Under the pieces are notes generated by a model that saw nothing but the letters and a program-made list of their open reading frames with translations, was not told where the DNA came from and searched no databases. The translations under genes and the position numbers were made by a program. From the IMG/VR virus record IMGVR_UViG_3300005077_000018, positions 1,686 through 65,685 of that record: a DNA stretch of 64,000 bases; one strand, 5' to 3'. The stretch is from a virus. Shown here in pieces: positions 8,136-18,760 of the stretch (the first letter of the stretch is position 1; each line of letters begins with the position of its first letter).

Positions 8136-8820
8136 AATAATTTACTATACTTGTAATACTCATCCTCCAGAAATAGATCTGAACTGCAGAAGAGTTCTGA
8201 AGGATGTTCCTCTAAGAATAGTGTGTGTATCTTTGAACTCTATGCTGGATTTCGGAGATCACAACATCATGATGACCGGAGAAAGAGGTCCTCTGATGAT
8301 GTTTCGTCAGATCCTTACCGGACTTCGTGCTTCAGATGACGACTATGTATTTCTTTGCGAGTCTGACGTTCTTTATCCGTTCAGTCATTTTTCTCCTCCA
8401 GCTATTTTGAGTAACGAATTTCTGTACAATACGAATGTATGGAAGATGAGGTTCTCTGACGGTTTACTGGTTTGGACCGACAACATGATTCAAGTAAGTG
8501 GTTTATTCAGCAGAAGAGAGTTTCTCATGGACTGGGTTTTCAAGAAGATCGATCAGATAAAGAAAGATGGATTTGATCGACATTACGAGCCTGGTGTTCG
8601 TCAGAAACTAAAATTCGACTGCAAAGTCAATACTTGGGAATCGGCGTCTCCTCTAGTTTGCGTCAGACACGACAAGAACTTGACCAAATCAAAGTGGTCT
8701 CCTGAGGAATTCAGAAATTCCAAGTTTGCCTACGGATGGAAGACCGCTAGAGAAATTCCTCTGTGGGGAACATCTGAGCAGATTCTGTCAATTTTTGGTA
8801 GAAGTGGAGAATCGAAATGA
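8125..8820 (+). CDS. Glycosyltransferase-like protein (GT-A fold)
   Basis: QILTGL...DDDYVFLCESDVLY motif; start probably ATG near 8125-8128. Confidence 0.6.
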   Translation: MMAEIIYYTCNTHPPEIDLNCRRVLKDVPLRIVCVSLNSMLDFGDHNIMMTGERGPLMMFRQILTGLRASDDDYVFLCESDVLYPFSHFSPPAILSNEFLYNTNVWKMRFSDGLLVWTDNMIQVSGLFSRREFLMDWVFKKIDQIKKDGFDRHYEPGVRQKLKFDCKVNTWESASPLVCVRHDKNLTKSKWSPEEFRNSKFAYGWKTAREIPLWGTSEQILSIFGRSGESK

Positions 8821-11800
8821 GTCTAATTATACGCTCTACAAGAATAGCGGCTCCGACTTCTACCGGAAATCAAGATATAACAATCTCTGATTTCGGAACT
8901 CCGAAATTTGCTATTTTACAGATAACGAATGCTACACAGAATGCTACTTCTGTTAATCATTTAGTTTATGGATTTGGCATGGTCGGAAACAGTCAACAGA
9001 TGGCTGTTGGAAGAACCGACGAGCATAATCTCGATACTTCTGACGCTTACGATACGAATAGTACCAGCAAATGTCTGATCATTCTAAATCCAGCGGATGG
9101 AACTGTTGATGGAGAAGCAGAATTCGTAGAGTGGATAACCAATGGAATAAGAATAAATTGGACCAATGCTCCTTCTTCAGCCTATCTTGTTACCGCTACT
9201 CTTTTCGGAGGAACTGATCTCACGAACGTGTATTTGGGATCAGTAAATCCGAGCTCAACTTTGAATAATACAGTAGATGTCACTGCTCCTGGATTTCAAC
9301 CTAATCTAGTATTTACTGCCGAGTCTTTATCTTCAAGCACAGCTTACGGTGGAGTTAGTCTCGGAGTAGTTCATAGCGGAATTTCTGTGACTCAGGGGTC
9401 TATCCAGGCCATGTCCAGAGATGCTAGAGGAACTACTCAATCAGCTCTTAACATATCCGATTCTTACGGATCAGGTATAGCTCTTTTGACCGCTAATGGT
9501 TATCAGGCTGAGTTTGGTAGTTTTGATGCCAGCGGATTCTCTATTACTACCAGGGGAAGTGCGAATGCCGTAGGAACTCTGTTTTATGCGGCTTTAGCGA
9601 TAACTAATTTTGATATAAAGGTTGGATTCCTCTCTACTCCCACCTCTACCGGAAGTCAGGGAATTACAGGAGTCGGATTCAAACCTCAATTTCTGTATAC
9701 TCTATTCGGTGGAGCAGAAGCATACGACACTAATTACGATGATGATGATGGATGCTCTTTTTCTGTAGGTGTTGCTGATTATCTCAACGAGTATTCCTGC
9801 ACTATAACTACAGATATAGATGCCGGAACTTCAGATACGGAATCTAGAGTTGATGATAGTCTTGTAAGAATAAATAATCCGGATGGTTCCGTTCAAGCTC
9901 AGGCTTCGTTCACTCAATTTGACAATGACGGTTGGACTTGGAATTTCTCTTCAGTTGATGGTACTGCTGGGAAAGTTGGAGTTTATCTGGCAATTGAGGA
10001 AGAAGTTTCTACCGGATCTCCTAGCTCGTCGGTTTCTCCTTCCGGTTCACCCTCAAATTCTCCTTCTGTTTCTCCTTCTGTTTCTCCTTCTGGTTCTTCC
10101 TCCAACAGTCCTAGCAATTCTCCGTCGGTCTCTCCGTCGTCTAGTACCTCTCCTTCGAGTAGTGTGAGTCCTTCTCCTAGTGTAGGAATTTCTACTTTTG
10201 TGAATGGTTACGGAGGAGATGTAAATTCCGCTAAAGACGCTCTTCTTAATGGTAGAATTCCAGAGTTGGGTCTTGAGGATCACGGAAGTTTCGAGGTAGA
10301 TGATCAGCAGAGAGGCTTGATATTTTTCAGTTGTTCAGCTGTTCCTGCAGGAAGTCATTGTTCTTCGGCTACTCTCGAGATGTGGAAAAATGATTCGGGA
10401 GGAGTCAACGTTTGCGAAGTTGAGATTTACAAAGTAGCTCTAGCTAATAAGAATTGGATTCTGGGAGAGGGAGTAGGAAATCCTGCTCCTGAAGATTGTC
10501 CAACTTGGGAAGCTCTAGCCGCCGATGGAAGCGGAGGAGTGAAAGTTGCTTGGGCGGGTTCAGCCGGTTTGTCTACCGCTGGAACAGACTACAACTCTAC
10601 CATGATTGGATCTTTCATATTTTCCGGTTCTGACGCCGCAGGGACTCACTACACTTGTGAGTTGGATCCGGATTCTGTAGAGGAGTGGTTCGGGTCGGAC
10701 GATTATAATGCTGGACTGCTTCTGATATTCCCTGTATTCACAGGAAATCATCTTACTCAATCAGAATATGGGACAACTGGATACAGACCAAAACTAACCA
10801 TTGAGTATATAGAAGCTAGCGATTCTCCATCTCTATCTCCGTCGGCCTCTCTTTCTCCATCTTCTAGCGTTTCTCCCAGTGAGTCGGCAAGTTTATCTCC
10901 CTCATCCAGTATTTCTCCATCGTCTAGTAGTTCTAGCTCTCAGTCTCCTAGCGATTCTCCTTCGCTTTCTCCCTCTTCATCTCTCAGCCCTAGTAGCTCT
11001 GAGAGTCCTAGTGTTTCTCCTTCCAGCTCAGGCTCTTCGTCTCAGAGTCCCTCTGTTTCTCCGTCCAGTTCGAGCTCTGCAAGTCAATCTCCAAGCTCTT
11101 CTTTGTCTCCCAGCTCTTCTGTGAGTCCTTCTCAGAGCTCGTCTAATTCTCCTAGTTTATCTCCGTCAAGTTCGGAATCTGCTAGTCAGTCTCCTAGCTC
11201 TTCGAATTCAGCTAGTCAATCTCCTAGCTCGTCTACCTCTCCAAGTTCGTCAGTTTCTGCAAGCCAGTCGTCTAGTTCGTCTCCAAGTTCGTCGTCAAGT
11301 ATTTCTCCCTCTCCGTCCATTGGAGATATTCCGTGGAATCTGCCTTCGTCAGTCAATGTCTATATAGGATCCATCGATTCCGGATCCGTGTGGTCTACAC
11401 ATGACGATGACGATCAGAAGTTTGTGGTCTCTGGAGTCATAGGAACTCCAGCTTTCATGATCGATTTAGTTTTTGGAGAGGGAGAGGAAGTTCCGTCGTT
11501 TAATCTTCTACTTACCGTTAGAGGATTCTACTCCGGAAATCCAGGTCATAACGTAAAACTTCGTCAATATAACTGGGCTACAGAAGATTGGGATGATGTT
11601 ACTTCGGATGTTCAAGATTTTCCGGATCAAAGCTCCGATCAGGAATACGAATTTGATCTTATAGCAGATATTGATCATTTGAGTGATACAGGACTTGTGT
11701 CTGTAGCCATAGTCCACACTACCTCAGGAACTGCGGACGATCAGCTTAGTATAGATCATGCGTTCTTGACTCTTCTTGGAAGTCCTAGTAGTAGCGTCAG

Positions 11801-12458
11801 TCCTAGTAGTAGTGTCAGTCCTAGTAGTAGTGTTAGCTCATCTATTTCTCCATCGAGCTCGACTAGTCCTTCCTCTAGCGCATCTTCCTCATTGAGTCCG
11901 TCGTCGTCTGAGAGCTCTTCTCAGAGTTCCTCTGTTAGTTCGTCTCAATCCTCCAGCGAGTCGTCAAGTGCTAGCTCGTCTCAATCTCCTAGCTCTTCCG
12001 CTTCATCAAGTGAGAGCCCTTCTCCTAGTCCTGCAAGTCCTAGCAGTAGTCTAAGTCCTTCTTCCAGTCCCTCTGCCAGTGAGTCCGGTAGTGTCTCTCC
12101 TAGTTCTTCAGGATCGGCAAGTCAAAGTCCAAGCTCGTCTGAGAGCTCTAGTCAGAGTCCTAGTAGTAGTGCTTCCAGGTCAGTGTCTCCTTCCTCTTCA
12201 GGAAGTCCTTCTCGGTCTCCATCCTCGTCAGTTTCGTCCAGTCCTTCTTCCAGCGCTTCCAGAAGTACCTCTTCGAGCGCTTCCTCGAGTACTTCTTCTA
12301 GCAACTCATCCTCAGAATCTCCGTCAGTGTCTCCTTCCGAGGGTCCTGAGCCAGAGCCTAATCCAGCTCCTGTAGGTGGATCAGGTTGGAACAGATACTT
12401 CGTAGAACCTGGCGAAGACGATGAGGAATTGTTGAAAATTCTCATGTCAATTCTATAG
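8817..12458 (+). CDS. Large Ser/Pro-rich (mucin-like) putative virion protein
   Basis: Three SPS-repeat blocks separating beta-rich globular domains; middle domain resembles DNRLRE-type domains. Confidence 0.8.
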   Translation: MSLIIRSTRIAAPTSTGNQDITISDFGTPKFAILQITNATQNATSVNHLVYGFGMVGNSQQMAVGRTDEHNLDTSDAYDTNSTSKCLIILNPADGTVDGEAEFVEWITNGIRINWTNAPSSAYLVTATLFGGTDLTNVYLGSVNPSSTLNNTVDVTAPGFQPNLVFTAESLSSSTAYGGVSLGVVHSGISVTQGSIQAMSRDARGTTQSALNISDSYGSGIALLTANGYQAEFGSFDASGFSITTRGSANAVGTLFYAALAITNFDIKVGFLSTPTSTGSQGITGVGFKPQFLYTLFGGAEAYDTNYDDDDGCSFSVGVADYLNEYSCTITTDIDAGTSDTESRVDDSLVRINNPDGSVQAQASFTQFDNDGWTWNFSSVDGTAGKVGVYLAIEEEVSTGSPSSSVSPSGSPSNSPSVSPSVSPSGSSSNSPSNSPSVSPSSSTSPSSSVSPSPSVGISTFVNGYGGDVNSAKDALLNGRIPELGLEDHGSFEVDDQQRGLIFFSCSAVPAGSHCSSATLEMWKNDSGGVNVCEVEIYKVALANKNWILGEGVGNPAPEDCPTWEALAADGSGGVKVAWAGSAGLSTAGTDYNSTMIGSFIFSGSDAAGTHYTCELDPDSVEEWFGSDDYNAGLLLIFPVFTGNHLTQSEYGTTGYRPKLTIEYIEASDSPSLSPSASLSPSSSVSPSESASLSPSSSISPSSSSSSSQSPSDSPSLSPSSSLSPSSSESPSVSPSSSGSSSQSPSVSPSSSSSASQSPSSSLSPSSSVSPSQSSSNSPSLSPSSSESASQSPSSSNSASQSPSSSTSPSSSVSASQSSSSSPSSSSSISPSPSIGDIPWNLPSSVNVYIGSIDSGSVWSTHDDDDQKFVVSGVIGTPAFMIDLVFGEGEEVPSFNLLLTVRGFYSGNPGHNVKLRQYNWATEDWDDVTSDVQDFPDQSSDQEYEFDLIADIDHLSDTGLVSVAIVHTTSGTADDQLSIDHAFLTLLGSPSSSVSPSSSVSPSSSVSSSISPSSSTSPSSSASSSLSPSSSESSSQSSSVSSSQSSSESSSASSSQSPSSSASSSESPSPSPASPSSSLSPSSSPSASESGSVSPSSSGSASQSPSSSESSSQSPSSSASRSVSPSSSGSPSRSPSSSVSSSPSSSASRSTSSSASSSTSSSNSSSESPSVSPSEGPEPEPNPAPVGGSGWNRYFVEPGEDDEELLKILMSIL
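11782..11834 (+). repeat. 18-nt tandem repeat encoding SPSSSV x3
   Basis: AGTCCTAGTAGTAG(C/T)GT(C/T) three times. Confidence 0.8.
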
Positions 12459-12467
12459 GAGAAATCT

Positions 12468-12992
12468 ATGAGTGCAAGTCTTCCAATCGAGTATCTCAGA
12501 GATCTTCCGTTTCATTTTCCAGCTTTTTTCGAGACTGGAACTTCAGAGGGAGATACGGTTCAGTCGGCTCTTGAAGCTGGGTTTTCAGAAATCTACTCCG
12601 TAGAGTTCCATCCAGAAATTTTTAGGAAGGCTCAAAGAAGATTCGTCGAATCCAAAAATGTGAGTTTGCTGAATTTCAAATCGGTGGAAGGTCTCAAAAT
12701 TCTAATCCCGTTTATTGAGGTTCCTACCGTATTCTTCCTGGATGCTCATCCCGATAGAGATGCGGGAGAATCTCCAATCTTGGAGGAGCTAGACGAGATT
12801 TCCAAATTCAAGCTTCCGTTTGTAATATTCGCTGATGATATGAGACTCATGGGTCAGGGAAAATGGTCAAGATCTTCTACCTCGGCTATTCAAGAGAAGA
12901 TTCTGTCTATCCATTCTGATTTTATGATAGATTTTATCGGCAACGGTCATTCAGATAGAGATCTTCTTAGAGCCGTGAGGAATTGGAAATGA
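12468..12992 (+). CDS. SAM-dependent methyltransferase-like protein
   Basis: FFETGTSEG, YSVE, FFLDAH, ILEEL, FADDMR. Confidence 0.7.
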   Translation: MSASLPIEYLRDLPFHFPAFFETGTSEGDTVQSALEAGFSEIYSVEFHPEIFRKAQRRFVESKNVSLLNFKSVEGLKILIPFIEVPTVFFLDAHPDRDAGESPILEELDEISKFKLPFVIFADDMRLMGQGKWSRSSTSAIQEKILSIHSDFMIDFIGNGHSDRDLLRAVRNWK

Positions 12993-14686
12993 TCGTCTCC
13001 ATAGTTACAGGAACATACAATCGTTTGAAGTCTCTCAAGAGAATGATCGACAGCGTTAGAAATTCAGTAGGAATTGGATTTCCGTACGAAATAGTTGTCG
13101 TAGATGGCGGATCTACCGACGGAACTCAGGAATTTCTACGTAATCAATCTGACGTAGTTTTAATCGAACAGAAAGAGCTGCTCGGTGCAGTGAAAGCCTT
13201 CAACGAAGGAGCCAGATCCTCAAGAGGAAGATATGTGATCATGGCTAATGACGATATAGCATTCAAATACGAATCCATAGTGAATGCTATATCGGTTCTT
13301 GAAGACGATTCCTCGATTGGAATTGGGTGTTTTCCACAGAACAGATATTCCTCCGAGTATACCGTGTCCAGGATGCCTGCTGTGATAGATGGAGCTCAAT
13401 CCTCAACATGGTACGGTCAGGTCTGCATTATTCCAAGATGGCTGGGAAATAGAGTTGGATGGTGGGGAGAGGGATATCATACTTACGGTGGCGATAACGA
13501 GATGTCTTGTAAGGTTCTCGAGTTAGGACTTAGAGTTGTTCCGTTGGAATCATGTTGCATAGATGATTTCGTGGAGAAAGACGAGCTTAGAAAAATAAAT
13601 TCGAAGGGATTCGGACCTGGCGATAATCATCCCGACTCGATTCTGTGGAAATCAAGATGGACCAGAAATGACAAGATTGGTCCTGTAGTGTCAAATTTTC
13701 CTCTCATAGATATTCCGAAAAGAACCAAAGATATAAGAGTTTTGTATGCTCCCATATACGAGGATTCGTCTTTTCCAATTCAGCTGAAAACCAAGAAGGG
13801 CTTGAGGGAATCTCTTTCGAAACATTGGATGGTTTACGAAGTAAATTACAGACGAGATCCCGACTTGATTTACTATGGGGTTTCCATGTTTAGACCCAAC
13901 TTGGTGATCATTCAGTTTCATGATCCGAAAGCGATATCCTATGACTTGATGATGAAGCTTCGCGATGAATTCAAGGATACCGTATTCGTTAGCTGGAACG
14001 GAGATTATAACCTCAAAGCATTGGAATCTTCAGCCTATAAGCAAGTCGCAAAATTGTTCCATTTGACCACTTTCGTTTGCATGGATATTATTCCTCAGTA
14101 TATTGCCGAGGGGATCAACGCTAAATATTGGCAGATAGGATTCGAGGATTATGATGTCATTCCTGGAACTCTGAAGGAGAGAATAGACGTATTATTTATG
14201 GGGAATTGTTACACAAGACAACGTCAATCAATGGGAGAAATGTTGCGGATTCGTAAGGATCTGAAAACACGTTTGTACGGATCGTGGCCTTCTCACATAG
14301 GATCGGACGGAAACACTCTCTATGATTTTGCTACCGGAGATTTGATCTGCAGGTCTTCAGAAATAGTTCTCGGAGATAATAATTTTCCTGATTCCTATGC
14401 GTATGTTTCAAATAGACTTTTTCAGGTTCTTCACTCTGGAGCATTCTATCTTCAGCAGGTAATTCCTGGAATGACGCAAACTTTAGGTTTAGAAGATGGA
14501 GTTCATCTGGCGACGTGGACTGATTTGAATGATCTATCTAACAAGATAGATTTTTGGTTGCCCAGAAAATCAGAAAGACTTCAGATCGGAAGGGAGGGAA
14601 AGAAATTTATCGACAGATACCATTCCTTCGACGCTAGAGTTTCTGAGTTGATGCTAATGCTCGCAGAGTTGAAAATGGGTCACTAG
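12983..14686 (+). CDS. Two-domain glycosyltransferase (GT2 + CgeB/GT-B-like)
   Basis: IVVVDGGSTDGT, ANDDI, YGGDNE; C-terminal FMGNCY, SNRLFQ, HSFDARV. Confidence 0.85.
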   Translation: MEMIVSIVTGTYNRLKSLKRMIDSVRNSVGIGFPYEIVVVDGGSTDGTQEFLRNQSDVVLIEQKELLGAVKAFNEGARSSRGRYVIMANDDIAFKYESIVNAISVLEDDSSIGIGCFPQNRYSSEYTVSRMPAVIDGAQSSTWYGQVCIIPRWLGNRVGWWGEGYHTYGGDNEMSCKVLELGLRVVPLESCCIDDFVEKDELRKINSKGFGPGDNHPDSILWKSRWTRNDKIGPVVSNFPLIDIPKRTKDIRVLYAPIYEDSSFPIQLKTKKGLRESLSKHWMVYEVNYRRDPDLIYYGVSMFRPNLVIIQFHDPKAISYDLMMKLRDEFKDTVFVSWNGDYNLKALESSAYKQVAKLFHLTTFVCMDIIPQYIAEGINAKYWQIGFEDYDVIPGTLKERIDVLFMGNCYTRQRQSMGEMLRIRKDLKTRLYGSWPSHIGSDGNTLYDFATGDLICRSSEIVLGDNNFPDSYAYVSNRLFQVLHSGAFYLQQVIPGMTQTLGLEDGVHLATWTDLNDLSNKIDFWLPRKSERLQIGREGKKFIDRYHSFDARVSELMLMLAELKMGH

Positions 14687-14703
14687 TCGGTGACTAAAAA
14701 GTA

Positions 14704-14712
14704 TGCTATAAT
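14704..14712 (+). promoter_or_regulatory. Extended -10 promoter upstream of the scaffold/capsid genes
   Basis: TGCTATAAT followed by GAGG RBS and ATG 14734. Confidence 0.6.
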
Positions 14713-14733
14713 GGGTTATAACGAGGAATTGAA

Positions 14734-16071
14734 ATGAGCGATCTAAAGGAAATTTTTAGAGATTTTCAGACGCTAATGGGCAAGCTGTTCAAAGCTATTC
14801 CGGCTGAGCAGTCCGTTAGCGTTCAAAACTTGTACGAGCAGGTATGGACTGCCTCCCTGGAGGGCGAGGATTGGATGTGGTTGATCGATCTATACGTAGA
14901 TGAGGCTTCTGGATCCATCTCGGCTCTTTTCGCAAAAGAGGGAAAGCTCTTCATGTCTCCGGTTTCTCTTAGTGATTCTGGAGCAACTCTCGGAGAGATG
15001 ACTCAGGTCAAGGAAGTTTTTGAACCTGTGGTCAACTCTATTAGAGTACGTCAGAGCGTCGATGGAACTTCCAGATGGTTCCTGATTTCCTCGTCTACCG
15101 TTCTGAATCGATCCGGATACTTCAATACAAAAGAACTATTCGATAAATTCGTCGAACAGAGCGAAAGCGGTAAAAATCCTTACGCCACCTTCTATCATCT
15201 AGAAGAGGTGATGAAGCTAGGGTCTGTAGACTGGATCGCCAGAGAAGGAAATCTTCTGTTGATGTCCGGTCTTTTCGACGACTCTGAGCTAGGAAGATTG
15301 ATGAAGGAAGCGATAGAGAAGGATCCCGACTATTGGGGTTCTTCTATTTCGTTCTATCCCTACGACCATAAGATGGTTAAAATAACCGAGAGCATTTCTC
15401 TTCCTGCCTATACTGATGGAGAACTGATCGAGGTCTCATTCCTGCCCGAAAAAGAGGCATGTGCTCTTCTTACTTCGGCAGTAGCTCAAGGAAGGAACAA
15501 ACTGATGGAAGAAAGAATTCTTAATGCTTTGAAGAAATTGACCGACGGAGATGAAAGTCTTCTGGAAACCCTGGTCGACAAGATCGACTCGGCTAACGGA
15601 GTGATCACTAAAGAAGGTCTTCTTCACCAATCAACTGAGACGACCGAGGTGACCGAGGTGACCGAGGAAGCTGCTGAGGAATCGGCAGGTTCAGGTCAGG
15701 TCGAGGAGATTGTTCTCGACGAATCGCTCATCAAAACTGTTGTTAATCAGCTGGCTGATCATCCCTCCATGAATGAATTCAGGCTCCTGTCCGAGCAGAG
15801 ATTCCAGGATCTTCAGCAGTCGATCGAGTCTTTGACGAGATCACTCGAAGAGTTGAGAACTGCGTTCGGAGCTTCCACAACCTCGGTTGACCAGCGGCTC
15901 AAGAGGATGGAGAAACCTGTGGCTGAACTCCAGCAACAGACTCAGAATGACCTTCCGAGAAATTCCACTCAGAGAGTTGTGGTCTATAGACCCAGTCTTC
16001 AGGAAACCGGAGAAGAGGAAAAACTCAATCCGTCCGACCTCGCGGAACAGACGCTTTCGAGGATCCGGTAA
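14734..16071 (+). CDS. Putative prohead protease/scaffold protein
   Basis: Position upstream of capsid; globular N-terminal part and acidic coiled-coil C-terminal part. Confidence 0.55.
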   Translation: MSDLKEIFRDFQTLMGKLFKAIPAEQSVSVQNLYEQVWTASLEGEDWMWLIDLYVDEASGSISALFAKEGKLFMSPVSLSDSGATLGEMTQVKEVFEPVVNSIRVRQSVDGTSRWFLISSSTVLNRSGYFNTKELFDKFVEQSESGKNPYATFYHLEEVMKLGSVDWIAREGNLLLMSGLFDDSELGRLMKEAIEKDPDYWGSSISFYPYDHKMVKITESISLPAYTDGELIEVSFLPEKEACALLTSAVAQGRNKLMEERILNALKKLTDGDESLLETLVDKIDSANGVITKEGLLHQSTETTEVTEVTEEAAEESAGSGQVEEIVLDESLIKTVVNQLADHPSMNEFRLLSEQRFQDLQQSIESLTRSLEELRTAFGASTTSVDQRLKRMEKPVAELQQQTQNDLPRNSTQRVVVYRPSLQETGEEEKLNPSDLAEQTLSRIR

Positions 16072-17366
16072 TGAGCCAATTTACCGAAACCCAACTTCAC
16101 GAAGCTAGATCGGAAGAGCGTAGACGTAGAACTTATGTTGCTCCGTCTACTTTCGAGCGCATTAAGAAGTATTTCCGTCCGGATGTTAAATCCGCCCTGG
16201 GAAAATACACCTATTTTGCCTCCAGAGATATCGGTCTTGACGGATCTGACTATCAACCAAAGGTGAATTGGGATGCTTTGCGTGGAAGAATGAAGTTCGT
16301 GATCTGGAAAGCGGCCGAAGTTCCCGATTCCTGGAAAACCTACGATCCGGCTAACTGGATTCAGAAAACTTTCGCTGATGCCTGCGACAAGTGCTACTCC
16401 AATGACATTCCCTTCTCGGGATATATCTATCTGAATCCGGCATACTTCTGGGTAAACGGAGGAACCGAGCAGAGCTGGCTGAATATTGACGATGAAACGG
16501 ATCCGGTAATATGGGCGAAGAACGTTTTGAAGACCGATCTCAACGTTTACATCACGGTTAGATCCTGGATCATCGGAACTGGTTTAGGAGACTGGGTTTT
16601 AGATCCGAATCTTCTCAAGAAGGCGTACTACAAGAAAGTTTATTCCTGGTGGGGAGATGCTGAAAGATGGTACAGAAGTACTTCAGATTGGCTGACCAAC
16701 GGCAATTCAGCAACCAGGGTTGGATCCGTCTGGATCAATAATATGTTCGGTAGGTGGGCTTACCGCATGACCAGACTGATGCGTCATGGATTCATTCCTA
16801 CCGTTCCTGTTGGATTCTATTCGGCTAAGTGGTTCATAGACACATACTGCAAAGAATTCGATCTGTCAACAGCTCAGAATTATCCTGTATGGAACGCAGG
16901 ATGGTACTGGAATCCCAGTCCTTCGGTTGTAACGACTCTGGAGGGTGTGAAGGATCAATTTACCACTATACCCGATGAGTGGAGACCCAAGATGTGGGGT
17001 AAGGATCCCACCGACATTATTCAGGTCTCTGGCGACAGATTCAAGATTCCGGAGATCACGAATCTTAACGGAGTTCCTGTAGGAACTGACTGGAACGTTT
17101 GGTGGAATCCCGGTCAAACTCTTCATCAATTCCTGAAGTATTCTTCCAAACCTCAGGAATGTCCGACAGGATCTCATTGGGACGATGTTCAGAAGATTTG
17201 CGTTCCTGACGATGTTCCCGGTCCTTCTACTGATCTTGAGAAAAGAGTTCAGGCTCTGGAAGAATTCAGATTGGAAGCTCAAAGAAACATGGAAGAGCTG
17301 AATAAAACCGCGACTTCTCTTAGAGACTCCGTACATTCAGCTGGCGATTCCTTGAAGTCAGCCTAA
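16071..17366 (+). CDS. GH25-like muramidase (endolysin candidate)
   Basis: IGLDGSDYQPKVNW, FVIWKAAE, YSAKWF, VWNAGW, C-terminal coiled coil. Confidence 0.7.
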   Translation: MSQFTETQLHEARSEERRRRTYVAPSTFERIKKYFRPDVKSALGKYTYFASRDIGLDGSDYQPKVNWDALRGRMKFVIWKAAEVPDSWKTYDPANWIQKTFADACDKCYSNDIPFSGYIYLNPAYFWVNGGTEQSWLNIDDETDPVIWAKNVLKTDLNVYITVRSWIIGTGLGDWVLDPNLLKKAYYKKVYSWWGDAERWYRSTSDWLTNGNSATRVGSVWINNMFGRWAYRMTRLMRHGFIPTVPVGFYSAKWFIDTYCKEFDLSTAQNYPVWNAGWYWNPSPSVVTTLEGVKDQFTTIPDEWRPKMWGKDPTDIIQVSGDRFKIPEITNLNGVPVGTDWNVWWNPGQTLHQFLKYSSKPQECPTGSHWDDVQKICVPDDVPGPSTDLEKRVQALEEFRLEAQRNMEELNKTATSLRDSVHSAGDSLKSA

Positions 17367-17385
17367 ACATAGGAGGATTATCGAA

Positions 17386-17451
17386 GTGAAGTTAATCTTT
17401 GACGGTAAAGTTACTGCGAAAGCAGATCTAACGCACAGAAGGAGTTTGTAA
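17386..17451 (+). CDS. 21-aa ORF coupled to the capsid start
   Basis: AGGAGG RBS, GTG start, MKLIFDGKVTAKADLTHRRSL, TAATG overlap. Confidence 0.35.
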   Translation: MKLIFDGKVTAKADLTHRRSL

Positions 17452-18737
17452 TGACCATTTCAGATTTAGCTACGATCTATGGGTGCTGTGGTCTGTTTGA
17501 CCTATGCAGTGACCAAGATCTGATGCCCCTCTAGTTAGAGGGCCAGTCCAGATTCATGGAATAGATCGGATGGGCGAAAACGAATGTTTGTGTGATCAAG
17601 AAAAACTTCATCACCTACATTCGCGCCGAGGAGAGCAAGGATGTAATGACAACCGGCTATCTCTCCAATCCCTGCGGAGATTCCAATGGAGTCGAGTGGG
17701 GATCCTGCGACTTCACTCTTGAAGATTTTGCTCTTCTTCGCCGACACGGTCCCGAGCGGAATGCTACCAGATCTGCCGTGAAGTATTGCGAAACTCAGCC
17801 GCGCTATCGGCTAGACGGATCTCCGATCACCAGCGATGTCGAATTTGACATGAGACTCGCTACCGAAGGAGTACTTCAGGATCTCAAGAGAATGCTTGTT
17901 GACGGCAACAAGGCTACCGCCGGTCAGTTCGATGGATTGACTCGCCTCGTGAAAACCGGCTATACGAACTCTCGTGGCGTCCACTGTAGATCCATGGATT
18001 CCATCGTTGTCGACTGGAACGCCAATGGTTTGGACGGTGGTAACGGGATTACCTGGAATGGAGTCTCGGTTGCCAGCACCTACTCTATGGTAGATGTTTT
18101 GATCGCCATCATTCGCCGGATCAAGGATCGAATCTCCATGTCTCCGGCTCTGTCGGCTCAGCCTCTTTCAGTTGGCGACATCATCGTTCTCGCTCCGTCT
18201 CACATTCTGAGAGCTCTGCTTGATTCGTTTACCTGCTGGAGTGTTTGCCCTGGTTCCACCAGTATTCAGGTTGCAATTCAGAGCTACGAGGCTCGAAGAT
18301 TCCGGGACAGTCTCATGGGCGGTCTCTTTGGAGACGGAAAGATCTATATCGATGGTTTTGAGATTCCTCTCTGCAAGTATGACTGGGGTCTCCATACTCC
18401 ATCGACCGGATATTCTGACATGTACGTTCTCACCGGAAGAATCGGAAACGTGAAGACTATTTCCGGTCAGTATCTGGATCTTTCCACGGTTCCGACCAAC
18501 TACCCTGAGGCGAATTACTCCTATACCGATGGCGGTCGTCTTCTGACCTGGCTTGAAAGAACCAAGACCTGCGTCTACCGTGAGGTGGAAATGCAACCTC
18601 GGTTGCTGATGTGGGCTCCTTGGGCTCAGGCGAGAATTCAGGACATATCGATCACTCCTCTGGGTGGTGTTATCAGTCCTGATCCTTGGGCTGCTACCTT
18701 CCCCGAGACCAGTTTCTCGGCGGCGGTTTGTCCATAG
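17451..18737 (+). CDS. Major capsid protein; frame interrupted by TAG at 17532-17534 and 17562-17564
   Basis: AAGGAG RBS and ATG 17451 in frame with track ORF 17592..18737; GQFDGL motif; position between scaffold and head-tail genes. Confidence 0.75.
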
Positions 18738-18760
18738 TCATTTCCTGATCCTCCTTGAAA

